A stretch of DNA of 64,000 nucleotides, taken from positions 832,001 through 896,000 of the forward strand of contig CAWGHO010000003.1 of the NCBI GenBank assembly GCA_963822445.1. The letters are read 5' to 3'. The notes under the pieces were generated by a model that was given only the letters and a program-made list of their open reading frames with translations, searched no databases and was not told where the DNA came from. Below are positions 1 to 13,268 of this stretch, piece after piece (the stretch's first letter is position 1; each line of letters starts with the position of its first letter). Both the position numbers and the translations under genes were made by a program. This stretch comes from an uncultured Acidobacteriota bacterium. Lineage in GTDB: Bacteria; Acidobacteriota; Thermoanaerobaculia; Gp7-AA8.

Positions 1-2
1 CG

Positions 3-122
3 CTGGAGGTGGGGATGTTGCCGCTGACCGGCACGACGGACGCTGCGCACATGCGGGAGGATCTGGGGGCGCTCGAGTTCACGTTGTCGGCGGAGGATGT
101 CGCGCTGATTGAAAAGGTGTAG
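3..122 (+). CDS. Aldo/keto reductase, C-terminal fragment (runs off window start)
   Basis: Hand translation LEVGMLPLTGTTDAAHMREDLGALEFTLSAEDVALIEKV* resembles the AKR C-terminus (P..GT....H..E.L....F.LS.E.V..I). Confidence 0.6.
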   Translation: MEVGMLPLTGTTDAAHMREDLGALEFTLSAEDVALIEKV

Positions 123-165
123 TGCCTGCACCACACCACGTCGGCGCTCCTGTCAGAATGCGCGC

Positions 166-453
166 ATGCCTGCTCTGATCATCGTCGACATCGAAGTGAC
201 CGATCCCGTTCCGTACGAAGACTACAAACGCCTCGCCTCCGCCTCCATCGCCGCGCATGGCGGGCGCTATGTCGTTCGCGGCGGCCAGTCCGAAGTGCTC
301 GACGGCGACTGGACTCCGCGGCGTCTGGTCGTCCTCGAATTCGACTCCATGGAGAAGGCCAAAGCGTGGCGCGCATCGCCCGAGTATGCGGAAGCGAAGA
401 AGGTCCGCGAGACCTGCGCGCGCTCAAACATGATCGTGGTCGAGGGCGTTTAG
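166..453 (+). CDS. DUF1330 family protein
   Basis: MPALIIVDIEVTDP..YEDY...AHGGRYVVRGG...W.P.RLVVLEF.S...A.AW..SPEY pattern; ATG at 166 preceded by CAGAAT. Confidence 0.85.
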   Translation: MPALIIVDIEVTDPVPYEDYKRLASASIAAHGGRYVVRGGQSEVLDGDWTPRRLVVLEFDSMEKAKAWRASPEYAEAKKVRETCARSNMIVVEGV

Positions 454-1149
454 CCAGAGCCGCCGTACTTCGCTCGCGCCGCGCGCGTTCGGCTCGATGA
501 TCGATTCCTGCAGGTACCATCGCTCCGCTTCGCGAAGCTTCAGGCCGTGGCCGAGGAAGTGCGCGTGGATGTCGACGAGCCGCAGTGTTGGATGCGCGTC
601 AGCGATCTGGCGAACGCGCTCGTTGTAATCGCGCAGCCATTCGGCCTCGCGATCCAGACCCATCGCCACGCCGGGTAATCGATTGGTGCCGTCCGAGGGA
701 TCGTAGACCGTGCCGATGAGGATCAGAGAGAACGGACGAAGCTCGAGCACGCGGCCGATCGCTTTCTGAAGACGCGCGGCGATGGCGGGCGCCGGGTTTT
801 CGCTGCCCCAGCCGATGGCGCCGAGGAGATCGTTGCCGCCGGCGGTGATGGTCACGAGGGTGTGCTCGTCGTCGCGCGCGATGCGCTCGACCTGGCGGAG
901 CAGGCTCTCGGTCGTCGCACCATCCGCGGTGAGATCGGTCGCTTTGATCTTCGGCCAGCGCGTTTTCAGATCGCGGCCGTGAAATTCGGGCCAGAGGCGA
1001 TCGTCGTTGCGAACGAGAAGCGATGCGGCGCCGAGCCGATCGGTGCTTGCTTTTCCGGGATGGCGGCGCGCGACGTCGGCCGCGGGGTAGAGGTCGATGG
1101 AGATGCTGTCGCCGAGGGCGATGTAGTGGGTGTACATCGGGGTCGCCAT
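424..1149 (-). CDS. SGNH/GDSL hydrolase family protein
   Basis: ALGDSIS (block I), DGATT, TAGGNDL (block III), IEPN in the usual DxxHP position; start uncertain. Confidence 0.85.
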   Translation of the reverse strand: MATPMYTHYIALGDSISIDLYPAADVARRHPGKASTDRLGAASLLVRNDDRLWPEFHGRDLKTRWPKIKATDLTADGATTESLLRQVERIARDDEHTLVTITAGGNDLLGAIGWGSENPAPAIAARLQKAIGRVLELRPFSLILIGTVYDPSDGTNRLPGVAMGLDREAEWLRDYNERVRQIADAHPTLRLVDIHAHFLGHGLKLREAERWYLQESIIEPNARGASEVRRLWLNALDHDHV

Positions 1150-1162
1150 GGTTACATTCGCT

Positions 1163-2016
1163 ATGCCATCCCCTCCGCTGAATATCCTCATCCTCGGCGG
1201 CACCGGCTTCATCGGACCGCATCTCGTTCGCTATGCCGTGGCGCGCGGTCATCGGGTGTCGGTCTTCAATCGCGGCACGACGCTGTTGCCGGACGTCGAG
1301 CAGCTCGCGGGTGATCGCGAGGGGAACCTCGATGCGCTGAAGGGCCGTGTTCATTTCGACCATCTCGGTTTATGCGGACAGCTCGACGGTTGACGCGGAT
1401 GAAGACGCGTCGCTCCTCGACCTACGGTGGCTTGAAAGCGCGTGCGGAGAAGGAGCTGCAGACAGTCTTCCGCGAACGCGCGACCATCGTCCGGCCGGGC
1501 TTGATCGTCGGACCGGGCGATCCGACCGATCGCTTCACCTACTGGGTGGCTCGCATCGCTCGCGGCGGCGAGGTGCTCGCGCCAGGCGATCCGAGCGATC
1601 CCGTGCAGGTCATCGACGTCCGCGATCTCGCGGAGTGGACCGTTCGCCTCGTCGAGCAGAAAGCGTTCGGGACGTTCAACGCCGTCGGTCCTGCGATGCC
1701 GATGTCGATGGGGGAGATGCTCGAAGGCATTCGCGCCGCGACCAACGCCGATGCGCGCTTCACCTGGGTCCCCGCCGATTTTCTCGAGCGCCACGAAGTC
1801 TGGCCATGGGTGGACATGCCGGCATGGATCCCGCCGATCGACTCGAGGGCCGGATTCTCGCGGAGAAGCAATCGGCACGCGCTCGCGGCGGGGCTGACGT
1901 TTCGGCCGTTTGCGGAGACGGTGCGGGCGACGTTGGATGTGAATACGAATGACGTTTTGAAGGCCGAGCTGACTGCGGCGCGCGAGGCGGAGGTGCTGGC
2001 GTCGTGGAGGGAGTAA
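1163..2016 (+). pseudogene. NAD-dependent epimerase/dehydratase, disrupted
   Basis: ILGGTGFIG in one frame, FISTISVY in a second (about 1350), YGGLK and RPGLIVGPGD in a third; the segment normally between LKGR and FISTISVY is missing. Confidence 0.75.
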
Positions 2017-2083
2017 GGATCCCTGATCAAGGACATCGAATGCAGGAGGGCGGCGCAAGGGACCATCGAGGTAGAATTCCCTT

Positions 2084-2314
2084 ATGACGCGCGCGGTCGA
2101 AGAGCTCTACGAAGAGGCCTCTCAGTTACCGGAAGCAGATCGCGCCGAGCTCGCGGGTCTGCTACTCGAGAGTATCGAAGATCCTTCCGACGAGGGTGTC
2201 GAGGAAGCCTGGGCGGCAGAAATCGAAAGACGGCTGGCCGACTATCGCGCCGGCAGAGTCAAAACCATTCCGTGGTCGGCGGTTCGCGCGCATCTGCATC
2301 GTACTGACCGCTAA
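2084..2314 (+). CDS. Addiction-module antitoxin (TIGR02574/Unstab_antitox-like)
   Basis: 76 aa acidic protein with LP..RAELA..LL.S...E.AW..EI.RR...G....IPW; TAATG overlap with the toxin. Confidence 0.85.
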   Translation: MTRAVEELYEEASQLPEADRAELAGLLLESIEDPSDEGVEEAWAAEIERRLADYRAGRVKTIPWSAVRAHLHRTDR

Positions 2315-2616
2315 TGCGGCTCGAGTTCTTCGAAGACGCTGCTGCCGAGATCGAACAAGATCGCGCATGGTACCGCCAGCGCAGTGAGTCAGCAGAAGCA
2401 GGCTTTCTGCGCGAGATCGACCACGCGGTGCAGCAGGTCATCGATGCGCCTGAGCAATGGCCGCCGTATCTCGCCGGCACGCGTCGATACGTGTTTCCCA
2501 CCTATCCTTACTCACTCGTCTACTTCGTTGAAGATCACGTAATCAGAGTTGTTGCGGTGGCGCATGACAAGCGTCGCCCGGGCTACTGGCGAAAGCGGCG
2601 GCTCAAGAGCCGCTGA
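2314..2616 (+). CDS. RelE/ParE family toxin
   Basis: A..EI.....WY...F..EID.A...I...P..WP...RR....YPY.LVY...V.AVAH..R.P.YW..R pattern. Confidence 0.85.
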   Translation: MRLEFFEDAAAEIEQDRAWYRQRSESAEAGFLREIDHAVQQVIDAPEQWPPYLAGTRRYVFPTYPYSLVYFVEDHVIRVVAVAHDKRRPGYWRKRRLKSR

Positions 2617-2679
2617 CTAACTTCTGCCAAGCTCTCATGCGTCGTTTACCGCACCCGCCGGGCAGTACGATGCTTCGGC

Positions 2680-3237
2680 GTGACCTCTACTTCTCCCCAT
2701 ACGAAAGACGACCTCCTCCGCGCCTTTGATCAGCAGGAGGTCGACAGCCTCGCCTACTGGAACGCGTTCGACACGGAGACCTTCTTTCGTCGGATCGGTC
2801 CTACGTGGTCGCCGGCGGAAACGGTGAGGCATCTGAGCAAATCCACGCGGCCGGTCGTGAAGGCATTGAAGATGTCGCGGCTTCTCCTCCGCCTGCTCTT
2901 CGGGAAGGCGAGGCGGGCTTCGATGAGCTATGAGGAGTTCACCACCCGCTATCTGCAGGCGTTGGCGCAAGGCGGTCAGGCTGGGCGATTCGCGCCGTCT
3001 GCACAGTCGCTCGATGATCGCCAGGCGTGGCGCAACGCGATCATGCGCGACTTCACCAACGTGAACGCGCAGCTTCGCGACGCCGTCCAGCGTTGGCCGG
3101 AAGGGAAGCTGGATCGCCTTCAACTTCCGCATCCGCTGCTCGGAAAGCTGACCGTCAGGGAAATGCTGTTCTTCACCCTGTACCACCACGGGCATCACGT
3201 GGCCGTGGTCAAACGACGACTTGTCGTCAGCGCGTGA
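2680..3237 (+). CDS. DinB family protein
   Basis: WSPAETVRHL, LPHPLLGKLTVREML, YHHGHH. Confidence 0.85.
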   Translation: MTSTSPHTKDDLLRAFDQQEVDSLAYWNAFDTETFFRRIGPTWSPAETVRHLSKSTRPVVKALKMSRLLLRLLFGKARRASMSYEEFTTRYLQALAQGGQAGRFAPSAQSLDDRQAWRNAIMRDFTNVNAQLRDAVQRWPEGKLDRLQLPHPLLGKLTVREMLFFTLYHHGHHVAVVKRRLVVSA

Positions 3238-4171
3238 ACCGCATCCGGTTGTTCGCGATCTGCTGCAGCTCCGCGGCCGTCAATGGCAGTTTGGTTCGGA
3301 AGATCTCCCAGCCCTGACGGATGCTTCCGCCGGGTGCGCTCAGATCGGATCCGTAGAGGATCCGCCGCGCGCCGACCTGCCGGATGCGCTGCACGACGAG
3401 CGCGGCGTCGGCGGGCGTGATCTCGTCGGTGACGTTCGAGGAGACATCGAAGTAGACATTGGCCATCCGCGGGTCCTTGCGCTCCGCCGCGGCGCCGAAG
3501 ACCGCCATCACCTCGTCGTGCTGAGACGAGTATCCGGGACCTGAGGCGCCGAGGTGGGCGATGACGATCTCGATGTCCGGTGCGGTCGTCACGATCTTGT
3601 CGAGGAAGATCGTCGCGTCCTCAGCGCCGTAATTCGTGCCGCCTCGCGCACGCATGTGGATCAGCACCGGCGCGCGCCGCCGTTGCGCGAGCGCAAACAA
3701 CTCGTGCATGCGCGCGAGATGCGCCGGATCGCGCAGGGTGATGCCCGCATTGCCGAGGTGCACCTTGATTCCGACCATGCCAGGGAGGCCGAGGCATCGG
3801 TCAAGTTCCTCCAAGGCAACGGGGCGGAGCGGATTGGCGCTGCAGAAGCCGATCAGCCGCGGCGCATTCTTCGCGACTTCGGCGGACGTCCAGTCGTTCT
3901 GTTCGCGCGTCAGCCGGTCGGGGTCGCTGAGCGCCTTGCGCTCGTCGGCGAAGCTGTATCCGACGGACAGCACCACCGCCTGCTCGATGCCGGCCGCATC
4001 CAGCTCCTTCACCAGCGCTGCGCCGTCTCTTCTAGGCATTTTCACAATCGGCTCGAACGCGGCGCTGACCAGATGCTGGTGATAGTCGACGAGCGGCGTT
4101 GTGCGCGGGGCGGGAGTTGCCGCGCAAGCGGCAAGCAGGGGCAGGGCGGCGAGGGGAACCGGGATCTTCAT
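3227..4171 (-). CDS. Amidohydrolase family (TIM-barrel) lipoprotein
   Basis: Lipobox LLAAC; DYHQH, GIKVH, LIHM, IAHLG, LYGSD metal-binding motifs. Confidence 0.85.
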   Translation of the reverse strand: MKIPVPLAALPLLAACAATPAPRTTPLVDYHQHLVSAAFEPIVKMPRRDGAALVKELDAAGIEQAVVLSVGYSFADERKALSDPDRLTREQNDWTSAEVAKNAPRLIGFCSANPLRPVALEELDRCLGLPGMVGIKVHLGNAGITLRDPAHLARMHELFALAQRRRAPVLIHMRARGGTNYGAEDATIFLDKIVTTAPDIEIVIAHLGASGPGYSSQHDEVMAVFGAAAERKDPRMANVYFDVSSNVTDEITPADAALVVQRIRQVGARRILYGSDLSAPGGSIRQGWEIFRTKLPLTAAELQQIANNRMRFTR

Positions 4172-4177
4172 CGGTTT

Positions 4178-4989
4178 TCAGAGCTTCAGCTCGCGGAACG
4201 CGCGCGGCAGGTCGGCGGTGAACGTCACCTTCTGTCCCGTTCGCGGGTGCACGAAGCCGAGGTGTTTGGCGTGCAGCGCGAGTCGGCCGAACTCGTCCTC
4301 GCGTCCTTTCCCATACATCGTGTCCCCGACCACCGGATGACCGGCCTCGGCCAGATGGACGCGGATCTGATTCCGCCGGCCGGTCTCGAGCGTCACTTCG
4401 ATGATCGAGTAGCGGCGCCCCGAGGCGACGGTGCGGTAGTGCGTGACGGCCTCTTTGCCTTCCGCGGGATTGGCCACGCTCCGCACTCGCAGATTGCGAT
4501 CCTCGGCGAGGAACGAACGGAACGTTCCGACCGGCTCGCGCAGCTTGCCGTGGATGATGGCGACGTAGACGCGCTCGATGTCGTGCGTGGCGAATAGCTC
4601 CTGCAGGCGATCGCGGATCCAGCTGTTTTTCGCGAAGACGAGCACGCCGGATGTGTCGCGATCGAGGCGATGCACGTGATGCACGGGGTTCTTCGCATAC
4701 GCGCTGAGAAACGTCTCCGCGGTCTCGTGCAGGACCTCGTCGCTGGGAACGGTGAGCAGCCCTTCGGCCTTGTCGATGACGATGAGGTCCGAGTCCTCGA
4801 AAAGGATGCGCACGCGCGGATCGATCCGCTCGGTTTTGCCGGCGATCTCCACCCGATCGTCGGCATTGATCTCGCGTTTGGCATCGCGCTCCGGCGCGCC
4901 GTTGACGCGGACGCGATCGTTCTGCAGAAGGCCGCGCAGAGTGGTCTTTGACGAATCGGGGAAGCGCTCCTGCAGGACCTCGAGGAGGG

Positions 4990-4993
<4 letters not shown>
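4178..4993 (-). CDS. RluA/RluD family pseudouridine synthase with S4 domain
   Basis: VHRLDRDTSG catalytic motif, LETGRRNQIRVH, GHPVVGDTMYG, LHA..LGF.HP. Confidence 0.93.
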
Positions 4994-7614
<2,621 letters not shown>

Positions 7615-7634
7615 ACGGCGCTGAGGATAACCCG

Positions 7635-8951
7635 CTACCTCGCCGTCACGCGCCAGATCACGTTGCCGACGTCGTCCGCGACGAGCAGCGCGCCTTTCGC
7701 GTCGACGACCACGCCGACCGGGCGACCGCGCGCGTTCCCGTCCTCGTCCACGAACCCGGTCAACACCTCCTCGGCGGCGCCATTCGGACGTCCGCCGGCG
7801 AAGGGCACGAAGATGACGCGGTAGCCGCTGCGCGGGCGGCGGTTCCAGGAGCCGTGCTGGCCGATGAATGCGCCCTTCGCCGTGAAAGCGAGTCCGAGCG
7901 AGCCGGTGTGCGAGCCGAGGGCGTAGTCGGGGACGAGGGCGGTGGCCACGAGGTCGGGCCGCGGCGGCTTCACGCGATCGTCCACATGTTGACCGTAATA
8001 GCTGTACGGCCATCCGTAGAACGCGCCGTCCTTCACGGAGGTCATGTAATCGGGAACGAGATCGCTTCCGAGCTCGTCGCGCTCGTTGACGACGGTCCAG
8101 AGCACGCCGCTTTCCGGATGCCAGTCGATGCCGACCGGATTGCGCAAGCCCGATCCGTAAACGCGCGAACTACCTGTGCTGGGGTCGATCTCCAGGATGG
8201 CCGCGCGGTTGACCTCCTTGTCCATCCCGTTCTCGGCGACGTTGCTGTTCGAGCCGACGCCGACGTACAGGCGCGATCCATCACGGCTGGCGAGGAGACT
8301 CTTCGTCCAGTGATGGTTGAGCGGGCCGCCGGGAAGATCGGCGACCTTCACCGGCGCTTCGGCGATGCTCGTGGCGCCAGCTGTGTAAGGAAAACGGACC
8401 ACGGCATCGGCGTTGGCGACGTAGAAATTGTTCCCGACCAACGCCATGCCGAACGGGTGAAAGAGGTTCTGCAGGAAGACGCTGCGGGTTTCGGCGACGC
8501 CGTCGCCGTCCGCATCGCGAAGGAGGGTGATGCGATTCGCGCTCGGAACCGCGGAGCCGGCCTTCTTCATGAACATCTTCATGAACCAGGCTTTGATGCC
8601 TTTCGGCTCGGGGTTCTTCGGCGGACGATTCGTTTCGGCGACGAGCACGTCGCCGTTCGGCATCACGTACAGCCAGCGGGGGTGATCGAGGCCGGTCGCG
8701 AAGGCGTTGACCGCGAATCCCGCCGCGGCGGTGGGTGTGGTGCCGGCGGGCCATCCTTTGGCCGGGGCGATGTGCACCGTCGGAATCAGGGTCTTGTTCG
8801 GCGGCGGCAGCTCGGGGCTCGGTCCAATGCCGGCTTCGACCGGGAGGCGGGCCGATTCACAGGCGGCGAGAGTGAGAACGAGAGCGGCGGCGGCGACGAC
8901 GAGGACGAGCAGGAGGACGGATTTGAAGCGCATTCGAAAAAGCGCGTTCAT
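7635..8951 (-). CDS. L-sorbosone dehydrogenase family (PQQ-type beta-propeller) lipoprotein
   Basis: GLDHPRW...[53 protein letters not shown]; lipobox LAAC. Confidence 0.9.
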   Translation of the reverse strand: MNALFRMRFKSVLLLVLVVAAAALVLTLAACESARLPVEAGIGPSPELPPPNKTLIPTVHIAPAKGWPAGTTPTAAAGFAVNAFATGLDHPRWLYVMPNGDVLVAETNRPPKNPEPKGIKAWFMKMFMKKAGSAVPSANRITLLRDADGDGVAETRSVFLQNLFHPFGMALVGNNFYVANADAVVRFPYTAGATSIAEAPVKVADLPGGPLNHHWTKSLLASRDGSRLYVGVGSNSNVAENGMDKEVNRAAILEIDPSTGSSRVYGSGLRNPVGIDWHPESGVLWTVVNERDELGSDLVPDYMTSVKDGAFYGWPYSYYGQHVDDRVKPPRPDLVATALVPDYALGSHTGSLGLAFTAKGAFIGQHGSWNRRPRSGYRVIFVPFAGGRPNGAAEEVLTGFVDEDGNARGRPVGVVVDAKGALLVADDVGNVIWRVTAR

Positions 8952-8965
8952 GAAACGGGCCTGAC

Positions 8966-9033
8966 GTGTAGTGTGGGCCTCCGGCCTACCTGTGGGCGGG
9001 GGACGAAAGGTAGGCCAGAGGCCCACACTACAC
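8966..9033. repeat. REP-like inverted repeat (25 bp arms)
   Basis: GTGTAGTGTGGGCCTCCGGCCTACC (8966-8990) is the reverse complement of 9009-9033 with one mismatch. Confidence 0.85.
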
Positions 9034-10827
9034 CGGCAGAATTTCTTCCCCCGGATTGATGAACCGGTCCGTCTCGAAGTTGTACTGCTTGTCGTAGAGC
9101 TGGCGATACCGTCCGTTCAGGGCCAGCAATTCCGGATGCGTCCCTCGCTCGACGATCTCGCCGCCTTCGATCACCAGGATCTGGTCGGCAGTCCGAATGG
9201 TCGACAGCCGATGGGCGATGACGAAGGTCGTGCGGCCTTTGCGCAAGGCCCGCAGGCCGTCCTGAATCTTCGCTTCGCTCTCGCTGTCCAGACTGGACGT
9301 AGCCTCGTCGAGGATCAGAATCGACGGATCGGCGAGGATGGCCCGGGCAATGGCGATGCGCTGCCGCTGGCCGCCGGACAGCTTGATGCCCCGCTCGCCG
9401 ATGATCGTGTCGTACTTCTTTTCGAGCGGCTCGACGAACTCGTCGACGTGAGCGAGACGCCCGACCTCGAGCACGTCTTCCATCGTCGCGGTCGGCTTCG
9501 CGTAGCGGATGTTCTCCAGGATCGAGCCATCGAAGAGGAAGTTGTCCTGCAGGACGATGCCGAGGTGGGAGCGGTAGTCGTGGAGGCGCAGGCTCTCCAG
9601 GTCGCGGTCATCGATCAGGATGCGCCCGCCCTTCGGATGATTGAACGTCATCACCAGGCTCATGAGCGTGCTCTTGCCGGAACCGCTCGAGCCGACCAGC
9701 GCCGTGGTCGTGCGCGCCGGCGCGTGGAAGGAAACGTTCTTCAGCACGGGAACGCCTGCGTCGTATTCGAACGTGACCCCTTCGAACTTCACGTCGCCGC
9801 GGATGGAATCGACGGGAAGGCGGCCCGCGTCTTCGACCATCTCCGTCTGCTGTTTCATGATCTCCCGGATCCGATCCAGCCCCGCAAACGCCTCGGTGAT
9901 CTGCGTCCCGATCGAAGCGATGCTCATCACCGGCGCGGCCAGCAGTCCGGTAAAGAAGATGTACATGATGAATTCGCCGAGGGTCATGCGGCCGGCGAGG
10001 ATGGCGCGACCGCCGATCAGCATGATCGTGACGCCGACGATGCCGAGGATGGTCGTGGCCAGCGCCGTGACTCCCGACACTGCTGTGATGGTTTTCGCGA
10101 CGTTGCGATAAAGCTCGTGAACGCCTTTCGTGAAGACGCGGTCCTCGCGTTTTTCACGCGTGTAGGCCTTGACCACGCGGATGCCGCCGAGGCTTTCCGC
10201 GAGACGGCCGGTGACCTGCGCGTTGATCTCGCCGCGTTTGCGAAACAGCGGGCGGATGCGCTTGAAGGTGAAGGCCATGATCCCGCCGAAGATGGCGAGA
10301 GTCGTCAGGGTGAGGATCGTCAGCGTGGGGTTGAGGTAGAGCAGCACGCCCAGCGCGAGGATCGCCGTGACGATGCCGCCGACGAGCTGCACCAGTCCCG
10401 TGCCGACGATGTTCCGGATGCCTTCGGCGTCGGACATGATCCTGGAAATGAGGACGCCGGATTTCGTGGAGTCGAAGTAGGCGACGGGAAGTCGGAGGAC
10501 GTGCTGCTCGACGTTGCGGCGCATCTCGGTGATGGTTCCGTGCGCGGCGACGCCGAGGATCTGGGAGAGGGAGAAGGAAGTCGCGGCCTGGATGAGCGTC
10601 GCGCCGAACGCCGCCGCGGCCAGCCACGGCAGCAGCTCATGCCGTCCCTTGCCGATCACGTCATCGATGAGGAACTTCGAGCTTGCCGGCAACACCAGCC
10701 CGGCGAAGCGGCTGATGAGCATCAACGTCAGACCCGCGGCGATGCGCCCGCGCCGCGCCCAAACGAGGGTCTTCGCCTCGCGCCAGGCTTCGTCGAGTTT
10801 GAAGGGTTTCTTGGGTGGATCGGGCAT
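9028..10827 (-). CDS. ABC transporter ATP-binding/permease (MsbA-like exporter)
   Basis: N-terminal TM domain; [35 protein letters not shown]. Confidence 0.95.
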   Translation of the reverse strand: MPDPPKKPFKLDEAWREAKTLVWARRGRIAAGLTLMLISRFAGLVLPASSKFLIDDVIGKGRHELLPWLAAAAFGATLIQAATSFSLSQILGVAAHGTITEMRRNVEQHVLRLPVAYFDSTKSGVLISRIMSDAEGIRNIVGTGLVQLVGGIVTAILALGVLLYLNPTLTILTLTTLAIFGGIMAFTFKRIRPLFRKRGEINAQVTGRLAESLGGIRVVKAYTREKREDRVFTKGVHELYRNVAKTITAVSGVTALATTILGIVGVTIMLIGGRAILAGRMTLGEFIMYIFFTGLLAAPVMSIASIGTQITEAFAGLDRIREIMKQQTEMVEDAGRLPVDSIRGDVKFEGVTFEYDAGVPVLKNVSFHAPARTTTALVGSSGSGKSTLMSLVMTFNHPKGGRILIDDRDLESLRLHDYRSHLGIVLQDNFLFDGSILENIRYAKPTATMEDVLEVGRLAHVDEFVEPLEKKYDTIIGERGIKLSGGQRQRIAIARAILADPSILILDEATSSLDSESEAKIQDGLRALRKGRTTFVIAHRLSTIRTADQILVIEGGEIVERGTHPELLALNGRYRQLYDKQYNFETDRFINPGEEILPV

Positions 10828-10845
10828 TGCGGCGTTTGTTCAGCT

Positions 10846-10941
10846 TGTCATCCCGAGCGAAGTCGAGGGACCTGGCGGGCCGGGAGCCGCGACTCACGTG
10901 CCCCCCTCCTCCCAGGTCCCTCGACTTCGCTCGGGATGACA
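10846..10941. repeat. REP/RIME-like palindromic element (30 bp perfect arms)
   Basis: TGTCATCCCGAGCGAAGTCGAGGGACCTGG (10846-10875) and its exact reverse complement (10912-10941). Confidence 0.9.
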
Positions 10942-10947
10942 TGAGGA

Positions 10948-13257
10948 CTACGGCGCGACGCTCCACCACAACGCGTTAAACACGAGCGGAAATGTCGCGT
11001 GGGTCTGGCCGCGGTGTTGCGGGCGGAATCCGAACAGCACGATCTTGCCTTTGCCGTAGGTCACGGCGACCGCGGCGGCTTTACGCGTCAGGCGTTCTTC
11101 TCCTTCGATCCAACCCGAAAGCAGAATGTCCTGCGCGTCTTCCGGGTACCAGGCCAGGACCCAGCGTTGGGTGTCGCTCGATGGTGTGGTCGTGTCGAAG
11201 GCGAGGGCTCCATCGAGAAACGCCGCGGTCTCGGAAGGCATGCCGGCGGTGACGGGATGATCGGGGCGGAGCTTGATCCGCACCAGTGACCCGGGATTCG
11301 AGTAATCCTCGGACCGAATGCCCGCGAGCGCGTTGCGCACGGGGATGTTGAAGTGCTCGATCACGTACTCCGTCGAGTCGCCGAACGCGATCAGCGTTCC
11401 GCCGCCGTCGACGAACTTGCGCAGCGCGTCCGCGCCGGATGATTCGAGACCGCCGCGATACTCGGGCGGCATCTCCTCTTCGTAACGCATCGTCGTGTCG
11501 CTCGGCGAGCGCCGTCCCGCGGCGATGAGCTGCTTGTGCATGTCCGGGAGGATCACCGCGTCGTAGCCGGCCAGCCCGCCTTTCTGAATCTCCTGATTCG
11601 AGAGGCCCTTGACCGAGACGCCGTACGTCTCGAGCAACCAGCGCGTCCAGCCTTCATCCATCGATGCCTGCCAGGGTTTGTACGTCGCGACTTTCGGTTT
11701 GCGCGGGAGCTTCTCCGCGCGGGCGATCACTTCCTTCGTCGCCGGCTTGATGTCGCTGACGCGCGTCGTACCCTCGGGCATCGCGGCGCGCTCGACGCGA
11801 ACGCCCATCTGCAGCGGCAGCGTCCACGTCGCGACGTCGTACGGACGGAGAATGTCCTTGCCCGCCTGCAGTCTCACCTCGGGATACCGCTGCGGCTCGA
11901 GCATCTCGCTCACGAACTTCGAATACGGCTGCGCGAGCGGAATCCAGTAGTCGCCGTTCGCGGCCTGACGCACTTCCACGTTGTGCTCGGCCATCAGCCA
12001 GGCCAGGTGCTGCGCGGTCGGCCAGTCGTGCTGTTGCTTCGGGATGCGATACGCGTCGCCCGGCTTCGCCTGCGCGATGGCGCCACGCGCACGCACGAGG
12101 AGGTTGCGGAGAAAGTCGGTGCGATAGCGCGCGACGAGCTCGATCAGGGCGTCCGAGGCGATGCGCTCGTAGTCCATGATGTCGCGCATCCGCCACCATC
12201 CGCCCTTCCACGGATTCGGATGATTGATTGTCGCCTTGTACTCGATGAGCCCCTTGCTGCCGCCGCGAAGCTCGGTCGGCTCGACGTACATCGGCGACGC
12301 GATCCGCGCCGACGCGACTTCGAGCAGCATGCCGGTGATGTTCTTCCACCAGCCGGTGTTGCGCGTGCCGCCGAGCCAGTAGGCGTCGAACGAGTAGCCG
12401 TAAATGAGACCGCTCTTGCCGGCCTGCTCCAGGCGAAAGGCCATGTTCGAGCCGATGAGATTGGCCTCGCGCCAGATCAACGGGTGCACGTCGGGATCGA
12501 GCGGATCGGCGAACGGCGGGATGAACATGCGCGGGCCGTCGGAACCCATCTGGTGCTCGTCGACGAACACCTGCGGATTCCAGTCGTGGTACACGGCGCG
12601 GCTCAACGCGCGGGTCTCGAGCTGGGTGAGCATGTACCAGTCGCGATTGTTGTCGTGGCCGACGTAGTGGTGATACAGCCACGGCAGCCGGCCGCCTTCG
12701 TACTTCGTGCCGGCGTACTTGCGGTAGTAGTCGGTGATCATCGTCTGGCCGTCGGGATTCAGCGACGGCACGAGCAGCAGGACCACTTCATCGAGGCGGC
12801 GTTTGGTCTCCGGATCGTTCGTCGTTGCCAGCGCGTGCGCCCATTCCATCGCCATCTGGCTCGAGGCGATCTCGGTCGAGTGGATGTTGCAGGTGACGAG
12901 GACGACCGCCTTGCTGTCGCGAATGAGCGCGTCGGCATCGGCGTCGGAGAGTCCGCGCGGATCTGCGAGCCGCTTCGCCTGATCCTTGATCCGCGTTTTG
13001 TTCCGGATGTTCTCCTCGGACGAAATGACGGCCATGATCATCTCGTCGCCGAGCGTCGTCTTGCCGAGGACTTCGATGTCGACGCGCGGGGAGGCGGCGT
13101 CGAGGGCGCGGAAGTACGACTTGATCTGCGAGTAGTCGGCGAGCACGCGATCCTTGCCGATGTCGAGCTTCAGAAACTGCGCCGGCGACGGAATCGATTG
13201 CGCGAGCGCGGAGAAGGCGAGAAGAGTGACGGCGACGAGCCCTGCCAGACGAGTCAT
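10948..13257 (-). CDS. M14 family zinc carboxypeptidase with C-terminal glutamine-amidotransferase-like domain
   Basis: Signal peptide; IHSTE, NPDG, DNNRD, DEHQM motifs; C-terminal DEGWTRW...FV..GGTLI...GFRPQHR. Confidence 0.88.
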   Translation of the reverse strand: MTRLAGLVAVTLLAFSALAQSIPSPAQFLKLDIGKDRVLADYSQIKSYFRALDAASPRVDIEVLGKTTLGDEMIMAVISSEENIRNKTRIKDQAKRLADPRGLSDADADALIRDSKAVVLVTCNIHSTEIASSQMAMEWAHALATTNDPETKRRLDEVVLLLVPSLNPDGQTMITDYYRKYAGTKYEGGRLPWLYHHYVGHDNNRDWYMLTQLETRALSRAVYHDWNPQVFVDEHQMGSDGPRMFIPPFADPLDPDVHPLIWREANLIGSNMAFRLEQAGKSGLIYGYSFDAYWLGGTRNTGWWKNITGMLLEVASARIASPMYVEPTELRGGSKGLIEYKATINHPNPWKGGWWRMRDIMDYERIASDALIELVARYRTDFLRNLLVRARGAIAQAKPGDAYRIPKQQHDWPTAQHLAWLMAEHNVEVRQAANGDYWIPLAQPYSKFVSEMLEPQRYPEVRLQAGKDILRPYDVATWTLPLQMGVRVERAAMPEGTTRVSDIKPATKEVIARAEKLPRKPKVATYKPWQASMDEGWTRWLLETYGVSVKGLSNQEIQKGGLAGYDAVILPDMHKQLIAAGRRSPSDTTMRYEEEMPPEYRGGLESSGADALRKFVDGGGTLIAFGDSTEYVIEHFNIPVRNALAGIRSEDYSNPGSLVRIKLRPDHPVTAGMPSETAAFLDGALAFDTTTPSSDTQRWVLAWYPEDAQDILLSGWIEGEERLTRKAAAVAVTYGKGKIVLFGFRPQHRGQTHATFPLVFNALWWSVAP

Positions 13258-13268
13258 GGACGCGGATG

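Noticed and set aside
8971-10944. Long antisense/shadow ORFs (for example 8971-10944 +, 11536-13272 +, 33600-35615 -, 44313-46373 +, 55827-57401 +)
   Set aside because: They lie opposite genes with clear family motifs and have no motifs of their own; long stop-free frames are expected at high GC.
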